64,000 nt of DNA, taken from NCBI RefSeq assembly GCF_008831285.2, contig NC_045138.2, positions 9,238,001 to 9,302,000 of the forward strand, written 5' to 3'. This document shows, one piece after another, positions 27,300 through 37,953 of the stretch. A program made the position numbers and the translations under genes. A model generated the notes under the pieces. It was given only the letters and a program-made list of their open reading frames with translations. It was not told the DNA's origin and ran no database searches. Every line of letters begins with the position of its first letter. Position 1 is the first letter of the stretch. The stretch comes from Nymphaea colorata. Lineage: Eukaryota.

Positions 27300-30200
27300 T
27301 TGCACCAAAAGCAGTCCTTAAAAAGAATTTCTGTGAACTTGCTGCTCAGTAAATCAGTCCACCAATCACAACAATCAATAAATGAACAAGAATATACGAA
27401 CTTCTTGTTCAAAACAGGCCACCAGGCTTCTAAGTATCCACATATGCATATAAAAAAAATTTTTGTTGTTCAAATCAGTCCACCAATCACAACAATCAAT
27501 AAATGAACAGGAATATATGAACTTGCTGTTCAAGACAGTCCACCAGGCTTCTACGTATCCACATATGCATATAAAAAAAACTTTGTTGTTCCAAATCAGT
27601 TCACCAGATTATAAAACAGACATTCAATCTGATAAAAAAATATACCCAATGTGCAACACTCCACTTGCAGCCACTTTTCCACAGTTATCAAAAATATGAT
27701 AAGAATATGGTCCACGTGCATTTAATCTTCCACGAGCCCAGATCTAAACTGAATCCACATGCAGCTACGCTTCCCATGAGCTTAGATCTGAATAATAATG
27801 GAGTCCATGTGCTGCTATTCATCCACGAAGCTAGATCTGACTTACAACTTTCCACTGCAACTCCCACGCAGTTGCTTACGCTCGACTACATCCACGTTGG
27901 GGACCTAATCACAAATACCTTTCACATGTGATTAGGTTCCCCTTTCACGCCGCTTCACTATCTTTCGATCAGCAGAGAGAAGATAGAAAGGAATGATAGA
28001 GGAAGAGAAGAAGTGGGAAGAGATGGAAGAGGAAGATGAGAAGGGTCGCCGGAAAATCACGACAGCCGCCGGTGGAGAAGGGTGGAGATCGCCGGCTCTG
28101 ATACCATGTTTCAGCCGGCAGCCATAGAGAGAGAAAACGTAACTTCATTCACTAACCCCCTAAAATAAAGAGATTAGGGTTGAAGAGAGATTTACAAAGA
28201 CATCAATAGAAAATAGAGGAATGTTTAAAGAGACCTAACTATTAAATATTGCAAAGAACCACCTAGAAACATAAACTCTTCTAATTCAACACTCTTCATA
28301 AAAGTCCATTCTTTATTACCTATGACATCCTATTGTATTGATGAACATTAAGAAACGGAAGCAATCACCAAAAGAAAGGAAGAAATAAGCTCTTAATTAG
28401 GCCAAACGTCTAGGTATTTATGGGGTATGGTTTTCCTAAATTTCTTCAATGAAATTGGCAACAACATCCAGGCTTCAGAACATAATCACCGGCTTTCTAG
28501 CTGTTATGTTGATCTTTTAGTAGAAATGGTACAGAATGATATTGAGAGGGTCAAAATTTCTGGTTCCAATATTGTAGCTAATCTTCTTTTTATGATTGGT
28601 AAAATTTCTTTAATTATCCATGATCTGAGGCCCATTTTTTGACCTATTTTATCTTCTTCCCCTATTTTTTCTGTACTAATATCAAAGAAAAGCTTTTATT
28701 TTGATATTCATGCCAGCACATGATTTAACTTGTGAAAGTTTTTGTGTTAGAAGATGGTAAATTTGTTCAGAACTCTGGATCATGGTGTCATGTCTATCTT
28801 TAGATATTTTTTCCTAAACACTATGTTGGTTTCATTACGAAAATGGTAGACGACCGATTCTTGATAATTGTGATTTTGGAAATTCCTATAGATGTGCTGA
28901 CGATTCTCTTCTAAGAAATCATGCTATATTAAAGTTAATTTACTTGTTCCAGGGTTGTTGCTACAATTGGCATGCTTCCAAGTCCACCATCTGGCAGGCT
29001 GCTCTTGCTGCTAAAATCATTGAGCGAACAAGTGAAATGTTCTTCCTCTAAGAAGGATAGAAAAAGAACTTTGCTTTCGGTTGGTTCGATTGTTGGAGCT
29101 GAGGTTTGTGTTGCTGTATCAACTTAGTTTCTTAGATTAGTATTCGTTTAACAATTTTTCATGCTCCGACTGGTATAAATCATATATCTCCTTAATCAGG
29201 AGGTTGCTTTTTTCTTAGTATTGTTTCAGGAAATTAAAGCTTTATACAAAAGGAAAATTTCCCTTGGAAATTTTTCCTGATTGTTTGTCTTAGGTATTGA
29301 AGTAATTCTAGATACAATTTTTATCAGTGAAAGTAGTATTTTTTACTTCTGTCATGTGTCTGCAGATTACTGATATAAGAGCTTCTGAAATACTTACAAA
29401 ATTCAGTCTTGGTCTTCATGGGAGAATATATATCACAGAAGTGAGTGCATTTTCTCTTCAATGGGTCCTTATATATTGTTGGGATTGCTTTGTTGCAGTC
29501 TACTCATCTTCACCCTGTGTACTGACTTCTTGGTGACAGGTATGTGATCATGATGATCATCAGCCATTTGACTTAAATCCATTTAGTAAATTTAGAATTG
29601 GGCAAACATTGATGGCCAAGATTATTGCAAAGGCTTCAAAACCCAAGGATACTGCAAAGAGTTATACCTGGGAACTATCTGTTAGACCTTCCGTGCTTTC
29701 TGGTAAATGTTTTTTATTTTTATGCATCTGTTTATATTCCTTTTACTGATGGCCTTTCCTGATATAGTATGTGTGCATATATTATGTGTACAGTCATGCA
29801 CTTGCATTTTCTGTTGCATTATGTGTTTTCTTTTCTCTATAGAAACTTGCATGTATGTGTTTCCTCTCTCATTATTTGACTTTGCCTTCATGATCTGATG
29901 AGAAACTCATTCTTCACTTTCTTTAGTTTTGCCTTCTATTTGTTCATCCAAAAGTTGTAGTGATCATTTTGTGAGATAAGATTGTTTTGATAGCCTTGTG
30001 TACACCATTTAGGGTTAGAAATGTATTCGGCATATTGTTTTAATCCCTTTATTTTGATTTTTTTGAAAAAGCTCTTTGTCATCATAATGGCATTTCTTAT
30101 AGATAAATTTTTATCTGAATGCTCTATTCCTGCCACATGGTTGTAGAACCTTGTGTGGTGCTTAATCAATGTAAATGCTTCATTACTTCTGTATTTGATT

Positions 30201-31329
30201 TTGCTTTTTTGAGGTGGTACTTAGTCATCTGGTATAGTCTTCTTCACCTGTTTTTTGACTTATTCTTTCTTGTTTACTTGCAGGAAAGGTGGAGACATCT
30301 GATGAGAACTCACGTGAAGATTTTGACTTTTCTAATGGCCAACATGTGATTGGTTATGTCATTAACGTCGGTGATGAATGGGCTCGTTTAGCAATCTCGC
30401 GGCTTGTAAAGGGTGATTTGTTTGTACTGGATACTTCTACTGATCCCTCTGAGCTTCAAGAGTTTCAGAAGCGGTTTAGACCAGGACAGCCATTATCTTG
30501 CTACATTCTGAGTATAAACAAAGATAAGCGCAGGTTGCGGTTAGGATTAACAGATGTGGTCAGGCAGCTGGATGATAAAAGAGGTGGATCAGATATGAAT
30601 CAGGATTTGTTTGGGCGTATTCGAGAAGGCGATATCATTGGTGGGAAGATAACTGAAGTACTTCCTGGTGTTGGAGGTTTGGTCATTCAAATCAGTCCTC
30701 ATGTATTTGGGAAAGTGCATTTTACAGAAGTCACAGATTCATGGGTGTCTAACCCCATAGATGGCTACAGTAAAGGACAGTTTGTCAGATGTAGGGTCTT
30801 AGAGGTTGGACGTTCTGCAAATGGAGCTTTTTATGTTGATCTTTCTTTACGGGATTCCTTTATCAACAGTCAGGCAATTAACTTGGGAGGAGGAACTGTT
30901 GATCTGTAAGTACAATGTGTGTGTGTGTGAGAATTCTAAGTCATCCTATGTGGCTTTAAACCTATGTTGTCAAGGTGCCCGGGCCTGGCCTGGGTGCTAC
31001 ACAGAGCCTAGCACCTAGGCGAGCCTAGGCAAAAAGGGTGATCAATTTTTTTTTTTAAATTTTTTTAGTTATGTTAATTTGTCAAGTTATTTTGACTAAC
31101 TATTACTAATGTTTGAAATGTGGAGAGTAGTATTATAACAAGTATAATCAACTTAAACAATAAAAAATTAATTGTTGACTTCATTGGATATGCTAAATCA
31201 ATAGAACAAGTTTAACATTACTCATTAAATGCACAATATTACATATTATATAACAGGTTAACAATATATAATTATATACATATAATAGGTTGATGCAACA
31301 CTATATAACAAGTATAACAGACTGTACAT

Positions 31330-31361
<32 letters not shown>

Positions 31362-34300
31362 CCTATGTCACACGAGTACCTGCATGGTACGGGTACCGGT
31401 ACGCTCGTGGGTACGCCAATAATTCGGTCAACGCGTATCGGGTATGGTCAACGTACCCGGGTTTAAATCGGTCCACTTTTGGACTCAGTCAACTTTGAGC
31501 GAGTCCAAAGATGTCCATTTTTTATTTTAACGATTTTAAGTTTTTAACTTTTAAAAATTACCTAACGTTAAATTGGTCGAAGAAAACCCTAAACCCCTTG
31601 ACATCTTCCTTCTACCCATTTCACGAACGAGAGGAAGCATCTGGGGCGACCGGCGACTTGGGTGGACGAACGGTAGCGACCATCGAGTTGGGTGGACGAA
31701 CGGCGGTGACGTCGGACGGTATTTGCTTTCGTTTGCCGATTTCTTCTATTTTCTGTTAATGCGCTCTTCTTTCCATTTGTCTGGTGCCGGCAGACGTCTT
31801 TCCACCGTCGAGATCTTCACTTCTTAAAGCACGTAGTTCAGTTTTTCGTCATTTCCTCATCTGTCTTGGAGATGCTATAAATGCCGCCTCCGTTCCTGTT
31901 TTTTCCTGTATAAGATTTGTTTTTATATTTATCTGACATTTTGGTATTGCTTGTTTTCTCATCGGTTGAGGCGGTTCTTTTATGTGTGTTATTTACAACA
32001 TGTCCAATACAAATTTTGTTTCCTTTTGTGTGTTATTTACAACGTGTTCAATTTTGGGAAATTTTGCCAAAGTTATTCTGTAAAAATCGTCACTGTTTGG
32101 GACTTTGGGGATGTTTAGTGAGTTTTCACTGTAAATTCATGTTGTTCCTGTGGAATTAGATAATGCCTTTGTTTTGACTTTCAAAACAAAAGGGTGGCTA
32201 ATAGTGACTGATTCAGTGATTCTGTAAAATCTTGACATATATATATGTGTGTGTACGGCCGTACCCCCGTACCCAAGTTTTTTGTAAATGATTCGTACTC
32301 GTACCCGCACCGGCACCGGCACCGGTACCCATACCTATGTGACATAGCACATAACATGTATTATAATATATATATGTATTACAATAATACATATTATTAT
32401 ATGATATAACTATGTAATATAACCATACTAATGTATACATATAACAATACATAAAAATGTGTAATCAATACAAATAAAGTAGATAACAATATATACTCAT
32501 TAAGAAACTTTAATTGAAAGGGAAGTGACTTTTCACTTTCCCATGGATTAGGCGTGTTGGCGCCTAGGCCAGCTTATGCGCCAACACATATACCGTTGCC
32601 TAAATGGTGGACTTAGGCGACAGGTGTGGACTCATGCTTAGTCCACGCCTAGACAAGTCCCTAACAACATAGCTTTAAACAATCGTTTTTGTTTTGTGCA
32701 TTCCAAACCCATAATGGATATATATTGCTTACCGTCAGTGTCACAGATATCATGGTATTTTCAAAAATATCGTGACATAAACGTTAGAAAGGGGAGAAAT
32801 GAAAAAAGCACAAAAAAATTGTGATATTTTGAAAATATCCGCCAAAAATATTTATCGTAATAAAATCACATTTTTTTCGCCACTTAATTTCTGTGCTGTT
32901 TATATGTTCTTCCACTTTTTTAATTTCTAAAAACTGCACGTTATGAATTCTTTTGCTAAAAAAGGCCACAACATGTTAAAAGCAAAAAAACAAAGGGTAT
33001 TTTTGGAACTGATTTATTTTAATGGCAAAAAGGGTACTTGATTATAACTTTTAGTGAATAGGGTTTATTATTAACTTTACCTTTCGTGTGAGAAGCGAGG
33101 GTTTGATAAGTGAGGAAGCTGTGTTTGGCGTGTGAGCGTTTGAGAAGTGATGAGTGATGACCTGCATTTTTGTCGGAACAGCTTTGTCAAAAAATACCCG
33201 AGAAAAAACGTCGCCGATAAAAACCCGAGAACGATATTTGTGACAATGCTTACCATAATGCCAGTTTATAGTTAGTGCAAAAGAAAAAATCCTGCAGTGA
33301 TGTTTTCTAAACCATCTTGGTCACTCAGGTTATGAAACTCTACTATTTCCATGTGTGCATCATACCAGAAGTATGACCATCCTTTTATGTAAATGTGTAC
33401 CTTCTCCAGTTGAATTGGTCTGCCAAAGTATATTACCATGTGTGTCATGCTGGAGGTATGAACCATTTTTATATAAATATATATATTTTTCTAATGAAAT
33501 TGGTCTGATAAGGACTTTGATTTTCTGTGGTTAGTACAAAAAAGGCTGCTGGTTTTTTGAAGTGTTTTGGACATTTAGGTTGTGAAACGCTGTTACTACT
33601 ATGTGTGGGTCATGTTGGAATCCTCACCTTTTTTTTTTGTACAACACACACTTTTATTCCTTCAAACTTCAACCAGTGGTAGTTATTAGAATGCATAATT
33701 TGGTTTTATCTGATGTGCAGCTCCTCCTCTAAGCGCTTTACAAAGTCTGATGACTTGTATCCTAACATGGAAGTAAAGGTGTGAAACATTTCTTTAGTAG
33801 TTGATTTTTTTTGTCTGCTTTTTGAAGGTGTAAAACTATTATGTGAAGATGATTATTTATTCATATTATGCATTGCATGTATCTATTACATTGGTGATTA
33901 GAAGTATAACCTTATTCTGTGACTGAACTATTTTATACGGACATAGTGACAAAGCAGAAATATATTTTATTTCATGCTTAGATTATTAGATCCATATAGA
34001 AACTGAATGGTGTTCCCCCAGTTTTTTTTTTTGTGCCTCCTGTAGATTGGTTTAGAAAAGTTTTCTTCTTCCAGTTAATTCTTGTGGTCATATTTTTGCG
34101 AGACCAAATCATAATGATCTTTCAACCCATCAAGTGTTGATGCATCGTGTGCTAGTCGTGGTTTTTGATGCCTTTGATTTTTAACACCTTGATATGATGT
34201 GCTTCAAGGTTCTTATTTGTGTAGGACTCAAAATGCCATGCATCGATTTATGTTTTCATTTGGAGCACCAAGGGCACACAAATCCACGTATATATTCATG

Positions 34301-36644
34301 TGTGTGTGTGTGAGAAAGTGCACATGCACATGTGTGTCCTATATATTGATTTGGTTATCCATCATACTCCAAATAGTTTATCTTTTAAAAAACCTAACTG
34401 CATGGATGAATGGAGAATGTTAAACATGATGGAATAAAACAAATCATGGAAATCTAGTGTTTACATCATATTTTATGCTGACAAAGTTAAGACATTAGCC
34501 TTAAAACCTTTATTGAATCTGATCAGTTCATCAGATTTTGGTTCTCTTTTTTTCCTTTTTGAAATTGTAGATTTCAATGTTCCACATTCATCCATCTATA
34601 CATGATGCGCCTAACAGAGGCCAGGGCAGATGATGAATTTGAGTTTAGGTAGATTAAACATTATAATCACCATGTCAGTTCTGTGACTAGATTGCTCAGT
34701 ATATTCTTTAGGTTTCCAGTTAGGAGTTAGGAAGATATTGAATTGTGATATCTGTTGTTCACAGTTATAGTTCTTATGTAACTTTAGTAGGTTATCTGTT
34801 GTTTTAGTCTGTATCACCTATAGGACGAAAATATGTATGATCATCCTTGCCTTGAGACTGTTCAATGATCTTTTTCTATGTCACATTTCTTTTGTACTAG
34901 GGTTACGTAAAAGTTGTAACGGAAAAGGGATGCTTCATTACACTATCGCGGAAGATTGATGCAAGGATCCTTCTGTCTAATTTATCGGATGAATATATTG
35001 AAGCCCCTGAAAAAGGATTTCCTGTTGGGAAATTAGTACATGGAAGGTAAGTTTCTCAATAGTCTGATGACTTGATAAAAAAAAGTTTCTGACAGTAATG
35101 TTAATTTCGGTTTACTAGGGTCCTTTCTGTGGAGCCATTGTCCAAGAGGGTTGATGTATCTTTGAGAACAAAACTACCAAGGGTAACACCAGATATTAAT
35201 ATTATTGACATGCAAAGTTTTAAGGCTGGAAATATCATCTCTGGCAAGATAAGGAGGGTTGAACCATATGGTTTATTCATCACAATTGACCATACCAATA
35301 CGGTATGTTTTGTTCTAGTCTCTCTCTCTTTCTCTCTTATTTCTTTTACCAGCAATTCACATTCCACATTCTTGATTAGGTTGGTCTGTGCCATGTATCT
35401 GAGGTTCCTGATGAACATAGAGATAGTCTAGAGGCCAGATATTGTGCAGGAGAGAAAGTTATGGCAAAAATTTTGAAGGTAAAAGTTTTCAGTTGTATTT
35501 CCTTGAGTCAAGATAGTTGTGTCCATTGGTAATGCTTTCACTGAAAGAACCCTATGGTCATGTACCAGTACTGCATATGGCTTGGCTTTGAAATAACCAA
35601 TGGTTTACCAGTTCAAATTAGCTGTCTCAGGTTTTTTAAGGCTGATGATAACAAACCTACTGCTGGTTTGGTGGACCCGGTGGGCCAGAACCACCATTGT
35701 TTTGTCTTCACTTCTCCCCATCTGGCCTGTCATGCTGTTTCAGGTCCAATACAGCCGAATCTAACTGTGATCGGCTTGAATTCTTATTTATGAAAAAAAA
35801 TGTTGGTAAGGTTTTTTCCTTATGTGCATCTTATTTTGTTTCCTGATATGTGAGCTTGTCCTACCTTACAACCAGATAAATGTTGAACAAGGCAGAGTAT
35901 CTCTTGGAATGAAGACTTCTTGCCTAGGTGGCCATCATACCATTACACCGAAAGCTAATGGCATTGGAAAAAAGATTGCTGATAATGCTGCAGCTAATGA
36001 TGTTTCTAATATCTTTATGGAAAAGAATGGCAGTATGACTGCTGATGAAGTGGCTGTAGATGACAATGTAACCAATGATCTGTTGATTCCTTCTCAAATC
36101 AAGTCAAGGGCTTCGGTTCTCCCACTTGAAGTCACTTTTGATGATGAGGAACTTGGCTTGGGGCATCAAGTAGTTGACTTTGATGACTCCGGCATCACCA
36201 AAACAGTTGCAGAAAGCTGTGCAGCTGAAAAGAGACGTTTGAAGAGAAAAGCCAAAGTAGAGAGGTTGCCTTATTTTCTGTATTTGAATAATTTAAAACA
36301 TAATGTTAGCTGCATGTATCAACCTATGGTCACTTTTCTTTTTAACTAAATGATATTTCTATCTTTTTCAGAGAGCTTCAAATTAAGGCTGCTGAGGATA
36401 AGCTTCTTAATGAAGATGCAGCTCCTACAAGTGTTGATGACTTTGAAAAACTAGTTAGGAGCTCTCCTAATAGCAGTTACTTATGGATTAAGTACATGGC
36501 TTTTATGCTATCACTTCGTGATGTCCCAAAGGCTAGATCTGTTGCAGAGCGGTATGTTGTAGGTTTATGGTATCTTATCACACCCTGTCAGTTTAAACTT
36601 TTAAGGGTGCTGGTGCAATATGATTTGAATAGGCTGATTTTATA

Positions 36645-36723
<79 letters not shown>

Positions 36724-37953
36724 TGGCTATTTCAATATAAAAACCGAAATTACTAATTGTTATTCTGAAAAAACAGAAAAACATGCATCATCTATTAGGA
36801 TAAGTTAATGCATCCGTGATTTAAGGCTCATTTAGCAACACCTCTCTCGACTTAAGGTTTAGTAAGTTTAGCCTCATTTTATCTTCGCTGGGTTCATCCT
36901 TATTTCTTTCTTTTATTTGTCTTCCCTCTTGCAAGTGCTTTGGCAACAATAAACATGAGAGTGGAAGGAGAAAAGCTGAACGTATGGATCGCATATCTCA
37001 ATTTAGAGAATGAATATGGCATTCCTCGCAAAGTATGAGATGTGCATACACCTTATCTTTTTCCGTTTTCCTGCCTTAAGTATACTTTCTTATGCATTGT
37101 CTTTTATTCAGGAAGCTGTTGAGAAGATTTTTGAGAGGGCATGCCAGTCTTGTGATTCCAAAAAGTTGCATTTGGCTTTGTTAGGGACATATGAAAGAAC
37201 TGGGCAACAAGAGTTGGCAAATGAGCTTCTAAATGGAATGACAAAGAAATTCCGGACTTCATGCAAGGTAGTCTTAAATTCTCTTCTTTCCTCTTCTCAT
37301 CAATGTATGTGTGAAGGGCCTAATCTTTTGGTGAACCATTAGGTCTGGTTGAGATATATAGAGACCCTCTTGAAGCAGGGCAAAGGTGAAGCTCAGGCTG
37401 TTGTAAATCGTGCAATTTTAAGTCTTGGCCAGTGGAAGCACATCAAATTTATCTCGCAGGCTGCTATGCTTGAATTCAAGCATGGTTTACCTGATAGAGG
37501 CCGTTCAATGTTTGAGAAAATTTTGAGAACATATCCAAAGCGAATTGACCTGTGGAATGTATATCTTGATCATGTACGTAAATAATTTTTGTTTCATAAG
37601 CTATGTCATGCGCTATCTATGTCCATTTTGATGGCATTATTACTTCTTCTGCCTTTGTTTTTCTACTAGGAGATACGCTTGAAAGATCAAGAACTAATAC
37701 GGGCACTGTTTGAGAGAGCAACCAGTTTGAGTCTTCCTCCAAAGAAGATGAAGGTCTTTAATATGTAGTCTTGGGAGTACAAAGAAGTATGTACTCGTCA
37801 TTATTAACTTATTGACTTTTTTCTCTGTTCTGATGATTGCAGTCTCTTTTTAAGAAGTACCTTTGCTATGAGAAATCTTGCGGCGATGAAGAACGGGTAG
37901 AATATGTGAAGAGGAAGGCCATGGAATATGTTGAGAGTGCCACTGGTCCTTGA
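2523..37953 (+). CDS. RRP5: rRNA biogenesis protein RRP5 (S1 RNA-binding repeats + C-terminal HAT/TPR repeats), 3' portion, 27 exons; 5' exons outside window
   Basis: Exons joined by hand: 2523-2659, 3847-3978, 4805-4950, 5057-5122, 11466-11572, 11699-11779, 11861-11935, 12004-12105, 14407-14575, 14653-14798, 15032-15115, 15222-15322, 28953-29103, 29366-29440, 29540-29702, 30284-30905, 33721-33778, 34901-35046, 35119-35302, 35380-35478, 35876-36264, 36372-36551, 36936-37032, 37112-37267, 37343-37573, 37670-37753, 37843-37953. Total 4092 nt, phases consistent, TGA at 37951-37953. Motifs recognised from plant RRP5: [97 protein letters not shown]. Confidence 0.95.
5161..5224. repeat. 32-bp perfect tandem duplication
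   Basis: TCTTTCAAAATTAAGATTTTTCTCAGGAGGTT x2. Confidence 0.9.
5715..9173 (-). mobile_element. Ty1/copia LTR retrotransposon, internally deleted (gag fragment + RT/RNase H; no protease or integrase seen)
   Basis: LTRs 5715-6000 and 8888-9173 (286 bp each); TSD GATGC at 5710-5714 and 9174-9178; PBS TGGTATCAGAGC (- strand, 8876-8887); PPT next to 6001; RT motifs [27 protein letters not shown]; RNase H motifs [13 protein letters not shown]. Confidence 0.95.
6325..6988. mobile_element. hAT-family MITE nested in the RNase H region of the copia element
   Basis: TIR CAATGTTAT/ATAACATTG; TSD CCTGTAGC/CCTATAGC (7/8); removing it restores YRAMATGTA. Confidence 0.9.
9490..9986. mobile_element. hAT-family MITE (diverged CTATGTCACA family)
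   Basis: Termini CTCTGTCACAT / ATGTAACATAG; perfect TSD ATTGTCAC at 9482-9489 and 9987-9994. Confidence 0.85.
11099..11172. repeat. (TA)n microsatellite
   Basis: Pure TA run; similar runs near 15847, 21884, 27009, 27256, 31334, 36659, 44859. Confidence 0.95.
11466..15322 (+). CDS. RRP5: RRP5 exon cluster 2 (8 exons, S1 domains)
   Basis: Exons read [66 protein letters not shown]; the intron 15116-15221 is GC-AG. Confidence 0.9.
13234..13437. mobile_element. Short degenerate hAT MITE (CTATGTCACA family)
   Basis: Termini CTATGTAATATG / CATGTGACATAG; flanks ATCCTGAA / ATCTTAAA (6/8). Confidence 0.55.
16234..20134 (+). mobile_element. Ty1/copia element with its 5' half deleted; truncated 5' LTR fused to a hAT transposon remnant
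   Basis: 5' LTR fragment 16234-16406 matches the 3' LTR 19815-20134 (TGTTGAA...TACA, with an internal ~73-bp tandem duplication). PPT precedes 19815. Integrase tail YKCLDPSTG from 17734; RT ([32 protein letters not shown]) and RNase H ([15 protein letters not shown]) carry stops. No TSD confirmed. Confidence 0.9.
16402..17733 (+). mobile_element. hAT DNA transposon, 3' half: transposase C-terminus (dimerisation domain) and right terminus
   Basis: 342-aa ORF 16420-17448 with [33 protein letters not shown]...[11 protein letters not shown]; probable intron 17166-17288; ends ...CTATGTGACATAG at 17733. Confidence 0.92.
20170..20450 (-). mobile_element. Possible very decayed LINE ORF2 (zf-RVT-like) relic
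   Basis: Weak C-x-L...FF-C pattern on the - strand; a W-x-x-TD RNase-H-like trace near 16080-16115 lies on the other side of the copia insertion. Confidence 0.25.
24179..25324 (+). mobile_element. Non-autonomous hAT element nested between integrase and RT of the copia element
   Basis: Perfect 19-bp TIR CTATGTCACACGGATACGG; perfect TSD CTCCTAAG at 24171-24178 and 25325-25332; internal 33-bp repeat x3 (24677-24776). Confidence 0.95.
26831..27297. repeat. Tandem duplication of a ~180-bp gag-derived segment, each copy ending in (TA)n
   Basis: AACTTTACAGTAGAGCC...AGACAGCAG(AT)n occurs at 26831-27076 and 27077-27297, nearly identical. Confidence 0.9.
27351..27610. repeat. ~121-bp tandem repeat (about 2 units) in the copia leader
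   Basis: AAATCAGTCCACCAATCACAACAATCAATAAATGAAC... at 27351 and 27472; a third unit start near 27593. Confidence 0.85.
28953..30905 (+). CDS. RRP5: RRP5 exon cluster 3 (4 exons incl. 622-nt exon 30284-30905)
   Basis: ORF 30289-30909 ([45 protein letters not shown]) plus flanking GT-AG exons. Confidence 0.92.
30962..32672. mobile_element. hAT MITE (CCTAGG-rich ends) hosting a nested MITE
   Basis: TIR CTATGTTGT/ACAACATAG; perfect TSD CTTTAAAC at 30954-30961 and 32673-32680. Confidence 0.88.
31363..32347 (+). mobile_element. hAT MITE (CTATGTCACA family) nested in 30962-32672
   Basis: TIR CTATGTCACA/TGTGACATAG; flanks TATATAAC/CACATAAC (6/8); last ~110 bp match the end of the transposase-bearing copy (17620-17733). 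Confidence 0.88.
32736..33248. mobile_element. hAT-type MITE
   Basis: TIR CAGTGTCACAGATATC / GATATTTGTGACAATG (14/16); TSD CTTACCGT/CTTACCAT (7/8). Confidence 0.8.
33721..37953 (+). CDS. RRP5: RRP5 exon cluster 4 (11 exons; last S1 domains, acidic linker, HAT/TPR repeats, stop)
   Basis: [31 protein letters not shown] and HAT repeat exons; ends VESATGP-stop. Confidence 0.93.

Larger units (their letters stand above)
22187..28291 (-). mobile_element. Ty1/copia LTR retrotransposon, decayed, with both LTRs
   Basis: LTRs 22187-22379 and 28107-28291; TSD CTCTT at 22182-22186 and 28292-28296; PBS TGGTATCAGAGC (- strand, 28095-28106); PPT after 22379. Protease [10 protein letters not shown], integrase [25 protein letters not shown], RNase H YSDADY and CDNRAA. 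Confidence 0.95.

Noticed and set aside
34876..34886. CTATGTCACAT motif before an RRP5 exon
   Set aside because: No partner TIR or TSD; it lies in the acceptor region.
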